Part shown: positions 1 to 10,355 of the stretch, in pieces | Position numbering within the stretch: the first letter of the stretch is position 1 | How the letters are laid out: each line of letters opens with the position of its first letter | Origin: a virus | Lineage: Duplodnaviria > Caudoviricetes | Length of the DNA stretch: 58,888 bases | Reading direction: 5' to 3' (one strand) | Virus record (IMG/VR): IMGVR_UViG_3300044691_000290 | Location: 1-58,888 of that record | Translations under genes and position numbers: made by a program | Notes under the pieces: generated by a model | Told to the model about the DNA's origin: nothing | What the model saw: only the letters and a program-made list of their open reading frames with translations | Database searches by the model: none

Positions 1-849
1 AGGTCTTGGACAAAGGACGAAGACGCAGAGTGGCAATCCTTGCCTCGCGCCATGCAACAGAAGATCGTTGCACGCGAACAGGAACGCGACTCAGGCACTC
101 GCCGAAGTCAGAACGAAGCCGCTGAAGCTCGAAAGGCTGCACAGGCCCAAGTAGCGCAGGCGGAACAAACACGGCAGCAGTACGAAGGTAAGCTGAAGTC
201 GGTTGTGGAGGTTCTTGAAAAGGAACAGCTACGCGACTTTCCGGAAATTCGCTCGGTCGCGGACCTCGAAAAGATGTCCACCGACATGATGCGACTGGTG
301 GAAACCGACCCGCTGGAGTCCCTGAAATTACAGGCACGCCTCCGAGCTTGGGATACCCACCAGCAGAAGCTCGCAGCGGCGCATCAGGATTTGAAGCAGG
401 CCGACGAGCGCAAGGTGCAGACAGCGCGATCCGACTGGATGAAGTTCGTCCAGGAAGAGAACGCCAAGGCAGCCGAGCACATCCCGGATTTGGCGGACAA
501 AGCCAAGGCAGCAGACCTCACGAACAAAGCGGCGACCAAGCTGCGCGACGTTGGTTTCACCGACGAAGAACTCCAAGGGTTCGAGAAGGGCGAGAAGGTT
601 TCGCTTTTCGATCATCGAGTCCAGCGACTCCTCTTCGATGCAGTGAGATACACGGTCGCGAAAGTAGCGCCCAAGCCCGTTGCCAAGGTTGTTCCTCCCG
701 TACAGCGACCCGGAGTCACCCAGCCTCGCAGCTCGGAAGCTTCCGTCCGTATCCAGACCCTCGACAAACAATTCAACAATTCCGGCAAAGTCGACGATGC
801 CGTTGCGCTACTCCTAGCGCGCCGCAACGCGAGAGCCCGAGCATCCTAA
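1..849 (+). CDS. Capsid scaffolding protein (5' partial)
   Basis: Frame open from position 1 (RSWTKDEDAEWQSLPR...); charged helical protein with Pro-rich C-terminus directly upstream of the major capsid gene. Confidence 0.75.
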   Translation, partial: RSWTKDEDAEWQSLPRAMQQKIVAREQERDSGTRRSQNEAAEARKAAQAQVAQAEQTRQQYEGKLKSVVEVLEKEQLRDFPEIRSVADLEKMSTDMMRLVETDPLESLKLQARLRAWDTHQQKLAAAHQDLKQADERKVQTARSDWMKFVQEENAKAAEHIPDLADKAKAADLTNKAATKLRDVGFTDEELQGFEKGEKVSLFDHRVQRLLFDAVRYTVAKVAPKPVAKVVPPVQRPGVTQPRSSEASVRIQTLDKQFNNSGKVDDAVALLLARRNARARAS

Positions 850-860
850 GGACCACCTAA

Positions 861-1820
861 ATGGCACTCCCGACCAATACCCTCGCCACCTACGAATCGG
901 TGGGCAACCGCGAAGACCTTTCCGACGTGATCTATCGTATCGATCCCGTCGATACCCCGTTCACGACCGGCGCCGCCAAGGAAAAGGCAACCGCCGTCAA
1001 CCACGAATGGCAAACACAGAATCTCGCTGCTGCCTCCACCGCGAACGCGCAGCTCGAAGGCGACGATCCGACCACGACCGCGACCACTCCGACCGTGCGT
1101 CTCGGCAACATCATGCAAATCTCCTACAAGGTGGCTCGCGTTTCGGGCACCCAGCAGGCGGTTGACCATGCCGGCCGCGACAACGAACTCGCCTATCAGG
1201 AAATGCTCAAGGGCCTCGAACTGAAGCGCGATATGGAGAGCATCCTGCTCACCAACCAGGCCAAGGCAACCGGCTCGGATACGGTCGCACGTACCACTGC
1301 GTCGATTCTGTCGTGGATCAAGTCCAATACCTCGAAGGGCACGGCGGGCGGCGCGGCCGATCCGGCTGCTGCGGACGGCACTGGCACCCGCACGGACGGC
1401 ACGCAGATCGCGTTCACCGAAGCGCGTCTCAAGACCGTTCTGAACTCGATTTGGGTCAACGGCGGCAAGCCAAACAAGGTCATGACCGGCGCCTTCAACA
1501 AGCAGGTGTTTTCGACCTTCACCGGCCGTGCCACCCCGATCGAGGAAGCCAAGTCCAAGAAGATCGTCGCCAGCGTGGACGCTTACGAGTCCGACTTCGG
1601 CCTTCTGAAAGTCCTGGCTAACCGTTTCTCGCGCGCCCGCGACGTGCTGGTGCTCGAAGACGACAAGTGGGCGATTGCCCATCTCAATGGCCGTAACATG
1701 ATCTCGATCCCGCTCGCCAAGACCGGCGACTCGGATCGGCGCCAGATCCTCTCGGAGTATGGCCTGGTCGCGCGCAACGAGAAAAGCTCGGGCGGCGTTT
1801 TTGACAACACAACGAGCTGA
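861..1820 (+). CDS. Major capsid protein (SU10-MCP/DUF5309-like, HK97 fold)
   Basis: N-terminal GNREDLSDVIYRIDPVDTPF, HEWQT, KGLELKRDME and YESDFG motifs typical of this capsid family; RBS AAGGA upstream. Confidence 0.9.
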   Translation: MALPTNTLATYESVGNREDLSDVIYRIDPVDTPFTTGAAKEKATAVNHEWQTQNLAAASTANAQLEGDDPTTTATTPTVRLGNIMQISYKVARVSGTQQAVDHAGRDNELAYQEMLKGLELKRDMESILLTNQAKATGSDTVARTTASILSWIKSNTSKGTAGGAADPAAADGTGTRTDGTQIAFTEARLKTVLNSIWVNGGKPNKVMTGAFNKQVFSTFTGRATPIEEAKSKKIVASVDAYESDFGLLKVLANRFSRARDVLVLEDDKWAIAHLNGRNMISIPLAKTGDSDRRQILSEYGLVARNEKSSGGVFDNTTS

Positions 1821-1826
1821 TGAACC

Positions 1827-1863
1827 GGGGCGCTTCGTAAGGGGCGCCCCCTCTTTCTTTTTC
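1827..1863 (+). terminator. Rho-independent terminator after capsid gene
   Basis: GGGGCGC...GCGCCCC hairpin followed by a T-rich tract (CTCTTTCTTTTT). Confidence 0.7.
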
Positions 1864-1889
1864 CCGTTCGCCCGAGGGGCTCCTGAACC

Positions 1890-2264
1890 ATGTCACTTCC
1901 TGGTCACCACACGCTCAATACAATCGACCAAACGGCATACACGCCGTCATGCGGCACGACTCCCGTTGCGGCGTACCTGCGCTCCCCAATGCGCGGCACG
2001 GTGCGAAAATTCACCGGCATCCTTGGTGGTGTAATCACGGCTGCGGATTGCATCGTGACCGTCGCTAACGTCACGCAGGGTACCACGATTGGTACCTTTG
2101 CCATGACGCAAGCGGGCTCGGCTGCGGGCCTCCTTTTCTCGGGCACGCCTACCACTTTCACCTCTGCCCAAGTCAACGAGGACGACGTGATTTCGCTCAC
2201 GCCGGCCGGCGCGACTGGCACCACCATTCCCGCGCACTTTTGCGTGGCGATTCGGGAAGGCTAA
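1890..2264 (+). CDS. Small virion (head decoration-like) protein
   Basis: T/A/G-rich beta-type composition; position after capsid gene. Confidence 0.6.
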   Translation: MSLPGHHTLNTIDQTAYTPSCGTTPVAAYLRSPMRGTVRKFTGILGGVITAADCIVTVANVTQGTTIGTFAMTQAGSAAGLLFSGTPTTFTSAQVNEDDVISLTPAGATGTTIPAHFCVAIREG

Positions 2265-2270
2265 AGCCAG

Positions 2271-2579
2271 ATGTCTGGTTTTTCGAAACAGTCCGCCAGC
2301 CGTCAAGGCGCAGTTCAGGCGATTCCGTATACTGCCGCCGCAGCGGCGTTTACGGGCGTCTTTGGCCCCGAGACGTATCAGATTCGTCTCGCATGCACTA
2401 CGGCGTGCCATTACCTCATTTCAGGCGGCAACGCGCAGGCAGCGACAGCGGCAACGCTGGCCAACGGATCGCTGTTGCCCATCAATTGGGTTGAGTACGT
2501 CATCGTCACGCCGGGTCAGACGCTTTCCGTCATTCAGGATTCGGCCGCGGGCACGCTCAACGTCACCGAACTCTCCTAG
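2271..2579 (+). CDS. Small virion protein
   Basis: Co-oriented ORF; C-terminal GTLNVTEL seen in small phage virion proteins. Confidence 0.6.
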   Translation: MSGFSKQSASRQGAVQAIPYTAAAAAFTGVFGPETYQIRLACTTACHYLISGGNAQAATAATLANGSLLPINWVEYVIVTPGQTLSVIQDSAAGTLNVTELS

Positions 2580-2587
2580 AGGAACAC

Positions 2588-2893
2588 ATGACCGTAACCG
2601 TTACCGATACCACGACCACGTTGACCGCAAATACTCCGGTTCAGATTGCGCCGGTAAGCTCAGGCTGCAATCTGTTCATTATCGCCAATAACGGAACGGG
2701 TTCGTTGGTCTGGAAATGCGGTTCTGCTCCCGCTTCCGCATCCGATGGGACGCCGCTCGATCCTGCCTCTGCGGCCGGTGGTCAAGGCGGCTCTGTTGTT
2801 CTGACTGGAGACGATGCAATCGGCGATGCGATCTATGCGTGGAGCACGGCGGGAACGACCGTCAACGTGAAGCAGGGCGCGAAACGCCCGTGA
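2588..2893 (+). CDS. Small virion protein
   Basis: RBS GAGGA; T/S/G-rich beta protein; GTGA overlap with next gene. Confidence 0.6.
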   Translation: MTVTVTDTTTTLTANTPVQIAPVSSGCNLFIIANNGTGSLVWKCGSAPASASDGTPLDPASAAGGQGGSVVLTGDDAIGDAIYAWSTAGTTVNVKQGAKRP

Positions 2894-4653
2894 TCCGCAG
2901 CCCTTCAAGTGGCGCTGGCGCCATCATCAGGCCGGGCGCGCAACGCATCGGCGTGCGCGGCGAGTATCGAGCCGGCGCGAGCCGTATAGGTGGTTATGAC
3001 GGGCTGCTAGGACGTGGGGGAACGGTCTATGTTCCTCCCCTTACCAGCCAAACCAGTGTCTTTGCTGCGTTCTCGCTGCGTCAGTTGGCGCCTCAGTATG
3101 CCGGGCCACTCGTCCGTCTTCAGGCCGCAGATACCATTCAGCAAGATTTCAGCGCGGGGAGCGACGGTTTTGTCAGCGCGTCCGCAATTGCTGCATTCGT
3201 TGCAGCCCACGGGGCGGTCAAAGTTGCAAAATGGTACGATCAGAGTGGCCATGGTCGTGACGTAGCGCAAGCAACGGTCGCTAATCAGCCGACCTTTATA
3301 GCCAACAGGTTTGCAAAACGTCCGTCACTCCAGTTCAACGGAGCCGCTGGTAACGGTCTGACGAATGCCTCCGTCGCCTGGACTGCAAACGATCTCCAGC
3401 TATTTGCTGTTTTGTTCTATTCGGAAGGTGCTGGCGCCAATTGGCGGGGCTTGTTCTCTTTGGGAGTATCGCCCGAATATATCGGGACTTATATCAATAC
3501 TGGCTCCTCGGGCACTGATTGGACGGCAGGGGATGGGCTGGCGTTTGGAAACCAGTCAACTACTGGCGTTCCACCGCGCAGCGCAGTGACCGCGCCGAAT
3601 TTTGGTATAAACGGGTATGTCTCACAGCATGATCTGACCCTTTCCGCCGCTTCCGTCGATTGGGTGCAGGACGGCACAACGAAGGCGCTGCGGACCGCTG
3701 GCACGAGTCAAGTCCCTGCCCATACGGGAATCATGAGTATTTCCCCAGCCAGCGCATTCTTAGGTGCCGTATCGGAAGTCATCGTGTTTAATTCCGTCTA
3801 TGCCCAAAGGACACAACTAAGAGCCAACCAGAAAGCCGCTTGGGTTAGCCTGGGCGTTAACGCCATCGATTGTTGGGGCGACAGTCTGACGGCTGGAGGT
3901 CAAGACGGCACTGCAACCACCTACCCATCCGTGATTGCTTCTAAATTTCTACCGGAGGTCAGACATGTAGCCAATGACGGTGTCGGCGGTCAGACAAGTT
4001 CGCAAATCATTACGCGATTCCAGGCTAAGACCAGCGCGTGGCCCTTAGGAAATATCTTTTGGACAGGTACGAACGGAGGTGATGGCCCCGCGACAATTCT
4101 ATCCAACGTCGCGACCATGACTTCTGACGTGGCCGGGGCAAATGGAAACTACTTTGTGCTATCTCCCCTGACCCCGGTAACATCACCCTCAGGGTCGTCT
4201 GCGTATAATGACGTAATCACCGTCAGTAACGGTTTTGCAAGCGCCTATGGTTCAAAATACATCGATATCCGCTCGATGCTTGTTGCAGCGTACAATCCCG
4301 CTAATCCGGTAGACGTTCTCAACCACGCCGCCGATGTAACCCCGTTCACAATGCGAGCTAAGCTCTCTGGAACTATAACTCCAGCGATTCTAGCAACCGA
4401 TCAAAGCTTTACAACGTCGTTTGTTACCGTATTGGCGGGTTCAGTCCTCCAAGTCGGGACAGAATATATTAACGTCCTTACAGCCACAGGCAACCAAGTC
4501 GTGACCTGTACCCGAGGGTATGCCGGAACGACTGCTGCAAGTTATGCGGCGGGCCAAGCAGCGACAATGACGGATTGGCTTCATCTCGGAGCCAACGGGT
4601 ACACATTCGTCGCCAATGCAATTTATGCCCAAATGCAGGCGCAGGGCTGGTAA
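2890..4653 (+). CDS. Fibre/spike protein with concanavalin/LamG-like region and SGNH/GDSL hydrolase domain
   Basis: GTG start overlaps previous stop; WYDQSG motif; SGNH blocks WGDSLT, GVGGQTS, GTN and DWLHLG. Confidence 0.75.
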   Translation: MIRSPSSGAGAIIRPGAQRIGVRGEYRAGASRIGGYDGLLGRGGTVYVPPLTSQTSVFAAFSLRQLAPQYAGPLVRLQAADTIQQDFSAGSDGFVSASAIAAFVAAHGAVKVAKWYDQSGHGRDVAQATVANQPTFIANRFAKRPSLQFNGAAGNGLTNASVAWTANDLQLFAVLFYSEGAGANWRGLFSLGVSPEYIGTYINTGSSGTDWTAGDGLAFGNQSTTGVPPRSAVTAPNFGINGYVSQHDLTLSAASVDWVQDGTTKALRTAGTSQVPAHTGIMSISPASAFLGAVSEVIVFNSVYAQRTQLRANQKAAWVSLGVNAIDCWGDSLTAGGQDGTATTYPSVIASKFLPEVRHVANDGVGGQTSSQIITRFQAKTSAWPLGNIFWTGTNGGDGPATILSNVATMTSDVAGANGNYFVLSPLTPVTSPSGSSAYNDVITVSNGFASAYGSKYIDIRSMLVAAYNPANPVDVLNHAADVTPFTMRAKLSGTITPAILATDQSFTTSFVTVLAGSVLQVGTEYINVLTATGNQVVTCTRGYAGTTAASYAAGQAATMTDWLHLGANGYTFVANAIYAQMQAQGW

Positions 4654-4672
4654 TGCAAGAAAAGAGCAAGAT

Positions 4673-5203
4673 ATGACTGTTACGTGGAATACCGCAGACA
4701 AGTCTGCAAACATCACCCTGTCGAACAATAACTTCACGGCAACGGCAAGCTCAAGCGCCGTTTGGGCATTAGTGCGGGCCACACAGAGCCAGATAGCGGG
4801 ACTGCGGTACGCCGAGTTCACGATGTCCCCTGCGTCCGGTAGTGGGAATAAGACTGGCATTGGTGTCGCAAACGTCAATGAACTTTTAGACAACGAGTAT
4901 CTCGGAGGAACCAATAATTCAATCGGATACTACAATACGGGGTCTGTTTATCTGAATGGTGCCCTTGTCGCCACTCTTGCATCCTATGCGGCTGGCAATG
5001 TTGGTCGCATGGCCTATGATTTCCTCCACCAAAAAATATGGTTTAGTGTGGATGCAGGTGGATGGAATAATGCCGCGCTAACTAGCCAAGATCCAGCTAA
5101 CAACATAGGCGGCATCAGCACGACGGCGATTGCAGGCGCACTGTTTCCTGCGTTTTGTTGTTGTAGCCTAAGCTCCACAGTTGCGAATTTTGGTGGCACA
5201 TGA
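4673..5203 (+). CDS. SPRY/B30.2-like beta-sandwich protein
   Basis: TWN..DK..NITLSNNNFTAT, GLRYAEF, KIWF and ANFG pattern of phage SPRY domains. Confidence 0.65.
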   Translation: MTVTWNTADKSANITLSNNNFTATASSSAVWALVRATQSQIAGLRYAEFTMSPASGSGNKTGIGVANVNELLDNEYLGGTNNSIGYYNTGSVYLNGALVATLASYAAGNVGRMAYDFLHQKIWFSVDAGGWNNAALTSQDPANNIGGISTTAIAGALFPAFCCCSLSSTVANFGGT

Positions 5204-7602
5204 CCTACGTGCAGCCAGTTCCAGCAGGCTACACCAATTGGTCAGTCTATGCAGAGATAGTTCCAGCGGGTTATGTCAATTGGTCGGTTACGACTTCATG
5301 GGTTCCTGGACAGCGTCCGTTCGCGGCAACAGCACCGTGTAACCAACCTCTTCCAGCAAATAGTATCCTGACGCCATGCTTGTGGCCTGCCGTAAGCAAC
5401 GCAAACTACTACGCCCAAGCAAAATTCTATATCGATCAGCCAGCAGCCAGTGCGCCCGTTTGCAGCATGACGACGGCAAACGGAGGATGGGGTACTCCTT
5501 CTGGAACTGTAATTAACGTTCCGATGACATCGGGTTTTACCAACACTGGCGACCCCATCGATAAAGAAGCCATATCGGTGATCGGCACTACATGCTGGAG
5601 TTGGTATTATCTTGTTCGGCAAACGGACACGACGGCAGTTCTAGGCACCGTCGGCAGTTGTGATATCCTCAACAGCGACGGGCTTGGGCATTTTAATTCC
5701 ATCCCGCCATTTTACCTGCATGGCGCAGGTGTCGTTGCGACGGGCTCTAGTTGCCTGTTGGGTGCTCTTGTCAAGGAAGAATTCACGGCGGGGGAGATCA
5801 ATCATTGGGTTTCTTTCAGTGGAGGCTACATCGTCAATCAAGGTAGCCCTAATGATTACTTTGGTCCGTGGGCAATCTCCGGTGACGGCCATGTTTACAA
5901 TGGCTTCATCATGGAAGGCATGCTTATGGCCATTCCAAAGACGACCGCAATGCCAAGTGGCCTGTCTACTTACGGCCAGAAAATATTCAGGGCCATGCAA
6001 AACTACGGTGCGTTTTGCAATGATACCAGCGGATCGACCGATTTTTATCTGGCCTACAATTACAACAACCCCGCCACAACATGGACGGCTGGAGATTTAA
6101 CGGCGATTATTGCGGACTCCCATATTCTCTTTCCGTTGATGCAAAAGGTCGGCGGTGTGCTGGATGGTCTTACTTTTGTCATTGGTGCCTATGTGACATG
6201 CGCCCCGCAAGCGCAAAACAGCCTCTATGCTGGCGCCGCAATGCACATCACCCGTGATAGCGACAGCACGGGAACGGATATTGCTTTTGGTGCCGCTCCC
6301 CAATCACTATTGAATACTTCCGCGATCACGTCGTTTTGCTCCGGCACCATCGGGCGCGTCTCGACCTATTACGATCAGCTTCAGGTTCCTACTCCTTACA
6401 TCACTACCAATGGTTATGCTTTTGCCTCGGCCGGTTCGACCGCTCCGATCATCTATCAATCCGGTGCGCTGAAGACAATCAATGGACATCCAGCGATTTC
6501 GTTCGACGGCAGCACAAATTACCTCAAGGCTATGGGTACATCTGGCAATTTCCCTAGTACGACTTCAGGTCAATCAGTCAGTGTCTATATAAATTGGGTC
6601 GGTCAACTTGTTGACTTCGCAGCAAATTACTGCCTCGTCGGGCCGGACACAGCGGGCGGTCTTGAGCTTAGAGTAGACTCGACAACCGGGTTTGTGCGGC
6701 TGCTTAAAAACGGCGGCGCAACCATCGGGGTTACCTCCGTGGCGGCATCATTAACCAGTCCAATGTTTGTTGAAACCTATTACAATCCGGACGGGTCATG
6801 GTCTATTTGGTTTAATGCTACGAATGTAGCGAGCGGAACGGGAGCTGCTCTTGTCGCAGTCAACACTGCGAATATCCAGATTGGTGCTGGTCCGGGCGGA
6901 ACGGAGTTGTTCAAGGGGTTGATTGGATCCTGGTTTATCTGTTCAGATTGGGCCGCCAGCGGCGGTGGCGCGCCGGGGAATGTTCCGCAATATTCGATCC
7001 AGCAATATAACAAAAATCTCTGGGGACCGTTCGGCGCGGTCACTCTGTTGCAAGACGGATTTGTCGGCACCAACGGAGCGGACCTCGCTGCACACACGAT
7101 GACGCGCGGTTCTGGATGGACCGATCAAGTCGGAAGTCACTACATCCAATCGAACTCGGCGCAACCGAACGCACTGGTCGGCAGCGTCGCGATAGCAACA
7201 ACTCCCGGCTACGCCAACGGAACATATTCCTGCACGCTGACGCCCTACTATGACGGATCGTTCGCCCAGTTCGAGCCGGGCATGGTGTTTCGCTACACCG
7301 ACAGCAGCAATTTCCTGTTGCTTCAGCTTGAGGTCACCAACGGAAAGGTTAATTTGTATAGCTGCGTCGCTGGCACGTTCACGGTCCTGGCCACGCTATC
7401 GATGACGCTCGTATCCGGAACGGCCTATGCGATCGCCGTGACATTATCCGGCAACAACGTCAGCTTTACGGTGAACGGCGCAAATCTGACGACGGGAACG
7501 AGCAGCTTCAACAATACCGCTACGCTGGTCGGATTCAGAAGCGGAACGATCGGTTCGCCCGGAATCAAGTGTTCATTCAACACTCTGACGTTCACGACGT
7601 AG
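5200..7602 (+). CDS. Large beta-rich carbohydrate-binding/fibre protein (LamG-like domains)
   Basis: 800 aa, T/S/G/N-rich; RDSD..GTDI, YYDQ and ISFDG motifs related to the 2890 protein. Confidence 0.65.
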   Translation: MTYVQPVPAGYTNWSVYAEIVPAGYVNWSVTTSWVPGQRPFAATAPCNQPLPANSILTPCLWPAVSNANYYAQAKFYIDQPAASAPVCSMTTANGGWGTPSGTVINVPMTSGFTNTGDPIDKEAISVIGTTCWSWYYLVRQTDTTAVLGTVGSCDILNSDGLGHFNSIPPFYLHGAGVVATGSSCLLGALVKEEFTAGEINHWVSFSGGYIVNQGSPNDYFGPWAISGDGHVYNGFIMEGMLMAIPKTTAMPSGLSTYGQKIFRAMQNYGAFCNDTSGSTDFYLAYNYNNPATTWTAGDLTAIIADSHILFPLMQKVGGVLDGLTFVIGAYVTCAPQAQNSLYAGAAMHITRDSDSTGTDIAFGAAPQSLLNTSAITSFCSGTIGRVSTYYDQLQVPTPYITTNGYAFASAGSTAPIIYQSGALKTINGHPAISFDGSTNYLKAMGTSGNFPSTTSGQSVSVYINWVGQLVDFAANYCLVGPDTAGGLELRVDSTTGFVRLLKNGGATIGVTSVAASLTSPMFVETYYNPDGSWSIWFNATNVASGTGAALVAVNTANIQIGAGPGGTELFKGLIGSWFICSDWAASGGGAPGNVPQYSIQQYNKNLWGPFGAVTLLQDGFVGTNGADLAAHTMTRGSGWTDQVGSHYIQSNSAQPNALVGSVAIATTPGYANGTYSCTLTPYYDGSFAQFEPGMVFRYTDSSNFLLLQLEVTNGKVNLYSCVAGTFTVLATLSMTLVSGTAYAIAVTLSGNNVSFTVNGANLTTGTSSFNNTATLVGFRSGTIGSPGIKCSFNTLTFTT

Positions 7603-7771
7603 GCAATTTTGGCACTATACCCAAAGAGACGCGCTCGCCCGCCTCCATCTGCTCCACAATATCATCATAGAGCACGCGGGCGAGGTAGGCGTCCCCGCAT
7701 TTGATCTCGATGGTGACGGTATCGGCCAGCACGCCGATTTCCACCTTATTTGCTATCAGATCATTTGGCAT
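7592..7771 (-). CDS. Small hypothetical protein inserted antisense in the structural operon
   Basis: ATG with GGGAGG RBS; 59 aa. Confidence 0.5.
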   Translation of the reverse strand: MPNDLIANKVEIGVLADTVTIEIKCGDAYLARVLYDDIVEQMEAGERVSLGIVPKLPTS

Positions 7772-7841
7772 GCAATCCTCCCATCCGCGCGCACCCCATT
7801 TGTGCCACAAGTGCGCCCTACCAGCAAGTCCCGTCACCCGG

Positions 7842-7870
7842 TTGACTTTCCGCATTAAATCGGCTATCTT
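7842..7870 (+). promoter_or_regulatory. Repeated promoter/operator, copy 1
   Basis: TTGACT-ttccgcattaaatcggc-TATCTT. Confidence 0.8.
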
Positions 7871-7938
7871 GCACGTTCCGCCCCGTCAGAGCGCCCCGCG
7901 CCGGCCCCGGAAACCCCTCCCAGCCGCCCGGACCCGCC

Positions 7939-8277
7939 ATGCTCAACGCACGTATTTACCTTGATTCCAACGGCAAAGACATTGCGATCGAGCATTCGCA
8001 GGACGTAGAACCGATTCTTGAGTGGAACAAGGAAGCGCGCCGGGAGACCCAGCACTCCGATTGGGGACGACATGTCGCGCGCATCCCCAACGTCATTTAT
8101 GTGAAATGGCTGGACGACGAGCACCGCAAGGGCAACACGTCCCTGAAGCTGTTCACGCCCGAGTTTGACGCGATCGTGCATCGCCACCTCGCCGATCCCG
8201 AGTGGGCATATCTCCGTGTGGATCGTCCCGCGCTGCAAGCCGGGTACTATAGCGGCACCAAGTGGGGCAGGTCGTGA
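7939..8277 (+). CDS. Hypothetical phage head-region protein
   Basis: QDVEPILE..K and HVARIP motifs recognised from podophage structural operons. Confidence 0.7.
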   Translation: MLNARIYLDSNGKDIAIEHSQDVEPILEWNKEARRETQHSDWGRHVARIPNVIYVKWLDDEHRKGNTSLKLFTPEFDAIVHRHLADPEWAYLRVDRPALQAGYYSGTKWGRS

Positions 8278-8311
8278 CCATGATCAGCCAAGACGAGTTT
8301 GCGAGGTTTGC

Positions 8312-8974
8312 ATGACCACGCAGATCGTCGATTACGCCTCGCTACAGAGCGCAGTGATTGAGTGGCTTGGAAGGGACCAGGATACGACGCTGATCGCCCG
8401 CATCCCGACCTTTATCCAGCTCTCGGAAGCCAAGTTCAATCGCGACCTGTTCGTCCGGCAGATGGAGCAGCGCTCTACCGCCCTCACCGATATCACCTCG
8501 CTCGAACCGGAAATGATCGCGCTGCCTGCGGACTTCCAGTCCATGCGCCGGGTGCGCCTCAAAAGCGTGACGGGCAAACCGTGCCTTTCATTCCGGTCAG
8601 CCACCCAGATGGATGAGTTGCGGTTCAACATCCAGAACACGGCTTTGCAGCCGCTCTATTTCACCATTTTCGGCAATGAGCTTGAACTGCTTCCGACGCC
8701 GGACATGGCCTACACGGTCGAGATGGTCTACCGCGCCAATATTCCGCCCCTCGCCTCCGCGGCGGGAGGAACGAACTGGCTCCTGACTCTGGCGCCCGAC
8801 ATTTACCTCTACGGCGCTCTGCTGGAAAGCGCTCCGTACATCAAAGAGGATGCGCGGATCCAGACATGGGGCCTGGGTTTCAAAACCGCGCTCGATGAGC
8901 TCAACGCGCTGGGTCTCACATCAACATTTAATGCCGGGCCAGTCCAGGTCAGAGTATCCGGAGTTACCCCCTAG
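8312..8974 (+). CDS. Head-tail adaptor protein
   Basis: IPTFIQLSEAKFNR, LPADF and TNWLL..APDIYLYGAL motifs. Confidence 0.8.
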   Translation: MTTQIVDYASLQSAVIEWLGRDQDTTLIARIPTFIQLSEAKFNRDLFVRQMEQRSTALTDITSLEPEMIALPADFQSMRRVRLKSVTGKPCLSFRSATQMDELRFNIQNTALQPLYFTIFGNELELLPTPDMAYTVEMVYRANIPPLASAAGGTNWLLTLAPDIYLYGALLESAPYIKEDARIQTWGLGFKTALDELNALGLTSTFNAGPVQVRVSGVTP

Positions 8975-9102
8975 TGGCACACACTCAGGAACATGACTGG
9001 CGAGATGCCGGATTTTGTGGACCACGAGAACCGTGTTCGATCTGTCATCAAGACGCACGCGAAATGCATCACAATTTTGCTAGAACAAACGGAGTCGCGT
9101 AA

Positions 9103-9534
9103 ATGGCGGCGTTTAATAAGTTTCAGTGTTTTTGTGGCGATATCGCGCACGCGCTGCACGACATGAAGACCGGCACTTCGCAGGTGTACAAGGTCTATTT
9201 GACCAACACCGCGCCGTCCGTGTCGAATACCGTTTACAACACGCCGGCCGATCTTGCGACAGCGAACGGGTACACCGCGGGCGGGACCACGATCGGCACC
9301 ATCGCAGGCGCGCAGTCCGGTGGCGTGTTCAAGCTCACTGCAGGAACGCAGCCCTCTTGGACAGCGAGCGGCGGCAGCATCGGACCATTCCAATACGCCG
9401 TGCTCTATAATTCGACTTCAGCCACCACGCCGCTGATCGGCTGGTGGGATAACGGCGCGCCCGTCACGCTGACTTCGGGCAACACCTTCACGGTCACCAC
9501 CGACTTGACCAACGGCATCTTGCAACTGACATGA
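9103..9534 (+). CDS. Virion protein
   Basis: NGYTAGG and GSIGPFQYAVLYN motifs of a common phage virion family; RBS GGAG. Confidence 0.7.
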   Translation: MAAFNKFQCFCGDIAHALHDMKTGTSQVYKVYLTNTAPSVSNTVYNTPADLATANGYTAGGTTIGTIAGAQSGGVFKLTAGTQPSWTASGGSIGPFQYAVLYNSTSATTPLIGWWDNGAPVTLTSGNTFTVTTDLTNGILQLT

Positions 9535-10355
9535 GCGCTGGCGGCTATCTCGACGCATGCGGATTTATCGCGACCTCTTCCGGGTCGGGAAACTTTGTCG
9601 TGTCCGCTGCAGTCTTGGGATGTCAGACGCCGGCAAGTGCGGGTGCGGCCAACACCGCCGTCTATTCGTATCGCGCGGAGAGTGCCGACAAGAGCCAGTG
9701 GGAAGAGGGATTTGGCGCATACACCGTATCCGGCACGACCCTGGCACGGACGACCATCACGGCGAACTCTTCCGGCGGCACGAGTGCCATTGTCTTTTCG
9801 ACCGTGCCGAATGTCTACATCACGGCGCTCTCGCAGGACTTAGCCAATGCGTCTCTCCTGACGAGTGGCACGCTGTCCCTCGCGCAGCGCGGCTATACGA
9901 TGCCGGATGCCATTATTGAGGAACAGCAAGCTTCCGGGACTGGCGGTGGCACCAACACAGCAGGTGCGTGGTTCACGCGCGTGCTCAACATGCTCGTGAG
10001 GAACGCCAATTCCATTGCGTCGCTGGCGACCAATCAGGTGACGTTGGGCGCGGGGACATATTACATGGCGTGGTCGTCCCCCTGCGGCTTTTCCGATCAA
10101 CATCAATCGCGTCTTTTCAACGTCACCGATGCCGCGGTGGTTGCGTATGGATCATCCGAATATTCCACAAGCAGCAGTGTCACCGCGGCCACTAGGTCCG
10201 TTGGAGGAACAGTAGTTACGATTGCTGCATCAAAAGCATTCAGAATTGAGCATCGCGTGTTGACATCGTCGCCAAACGTCAACGCGCTCGGCGTTGCCAA
10301 CGCCTTCGGTAATACACAAATCTATTCGCGTCTCGAAATAACGCAGTTGGCATAA
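9531..10355 (+). CDS. Virion/tail fibre-like protein
   Basis: ATGA-coupled; QWEEGFG..TLAR N-terminal motif. Confidence 0.65.
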   Translation: MSAGGYLDACGFIATSSGSGNFVVSAAVLGCQTPASAGAANTAVYSYRAESADKSQWEEGFGAYTVSGTTLARTTITANSSGGTSAIVFSTVPNVYITALSQDLANASLLTSGTLSLAQRGYTMPDAIIEEQQASGTGGGTNTAGAWFTRVLNMLVRNANSIASLATNQVTLGAGTYYMAWSSPCGFSDQHQSRLFNVTDAAVVAYGSSEYSTSSSVTAATRSVGGTVVTIAASKAFRIEHRVLTSSPNVNALGVANAFGNTQIYSRLEITQLA

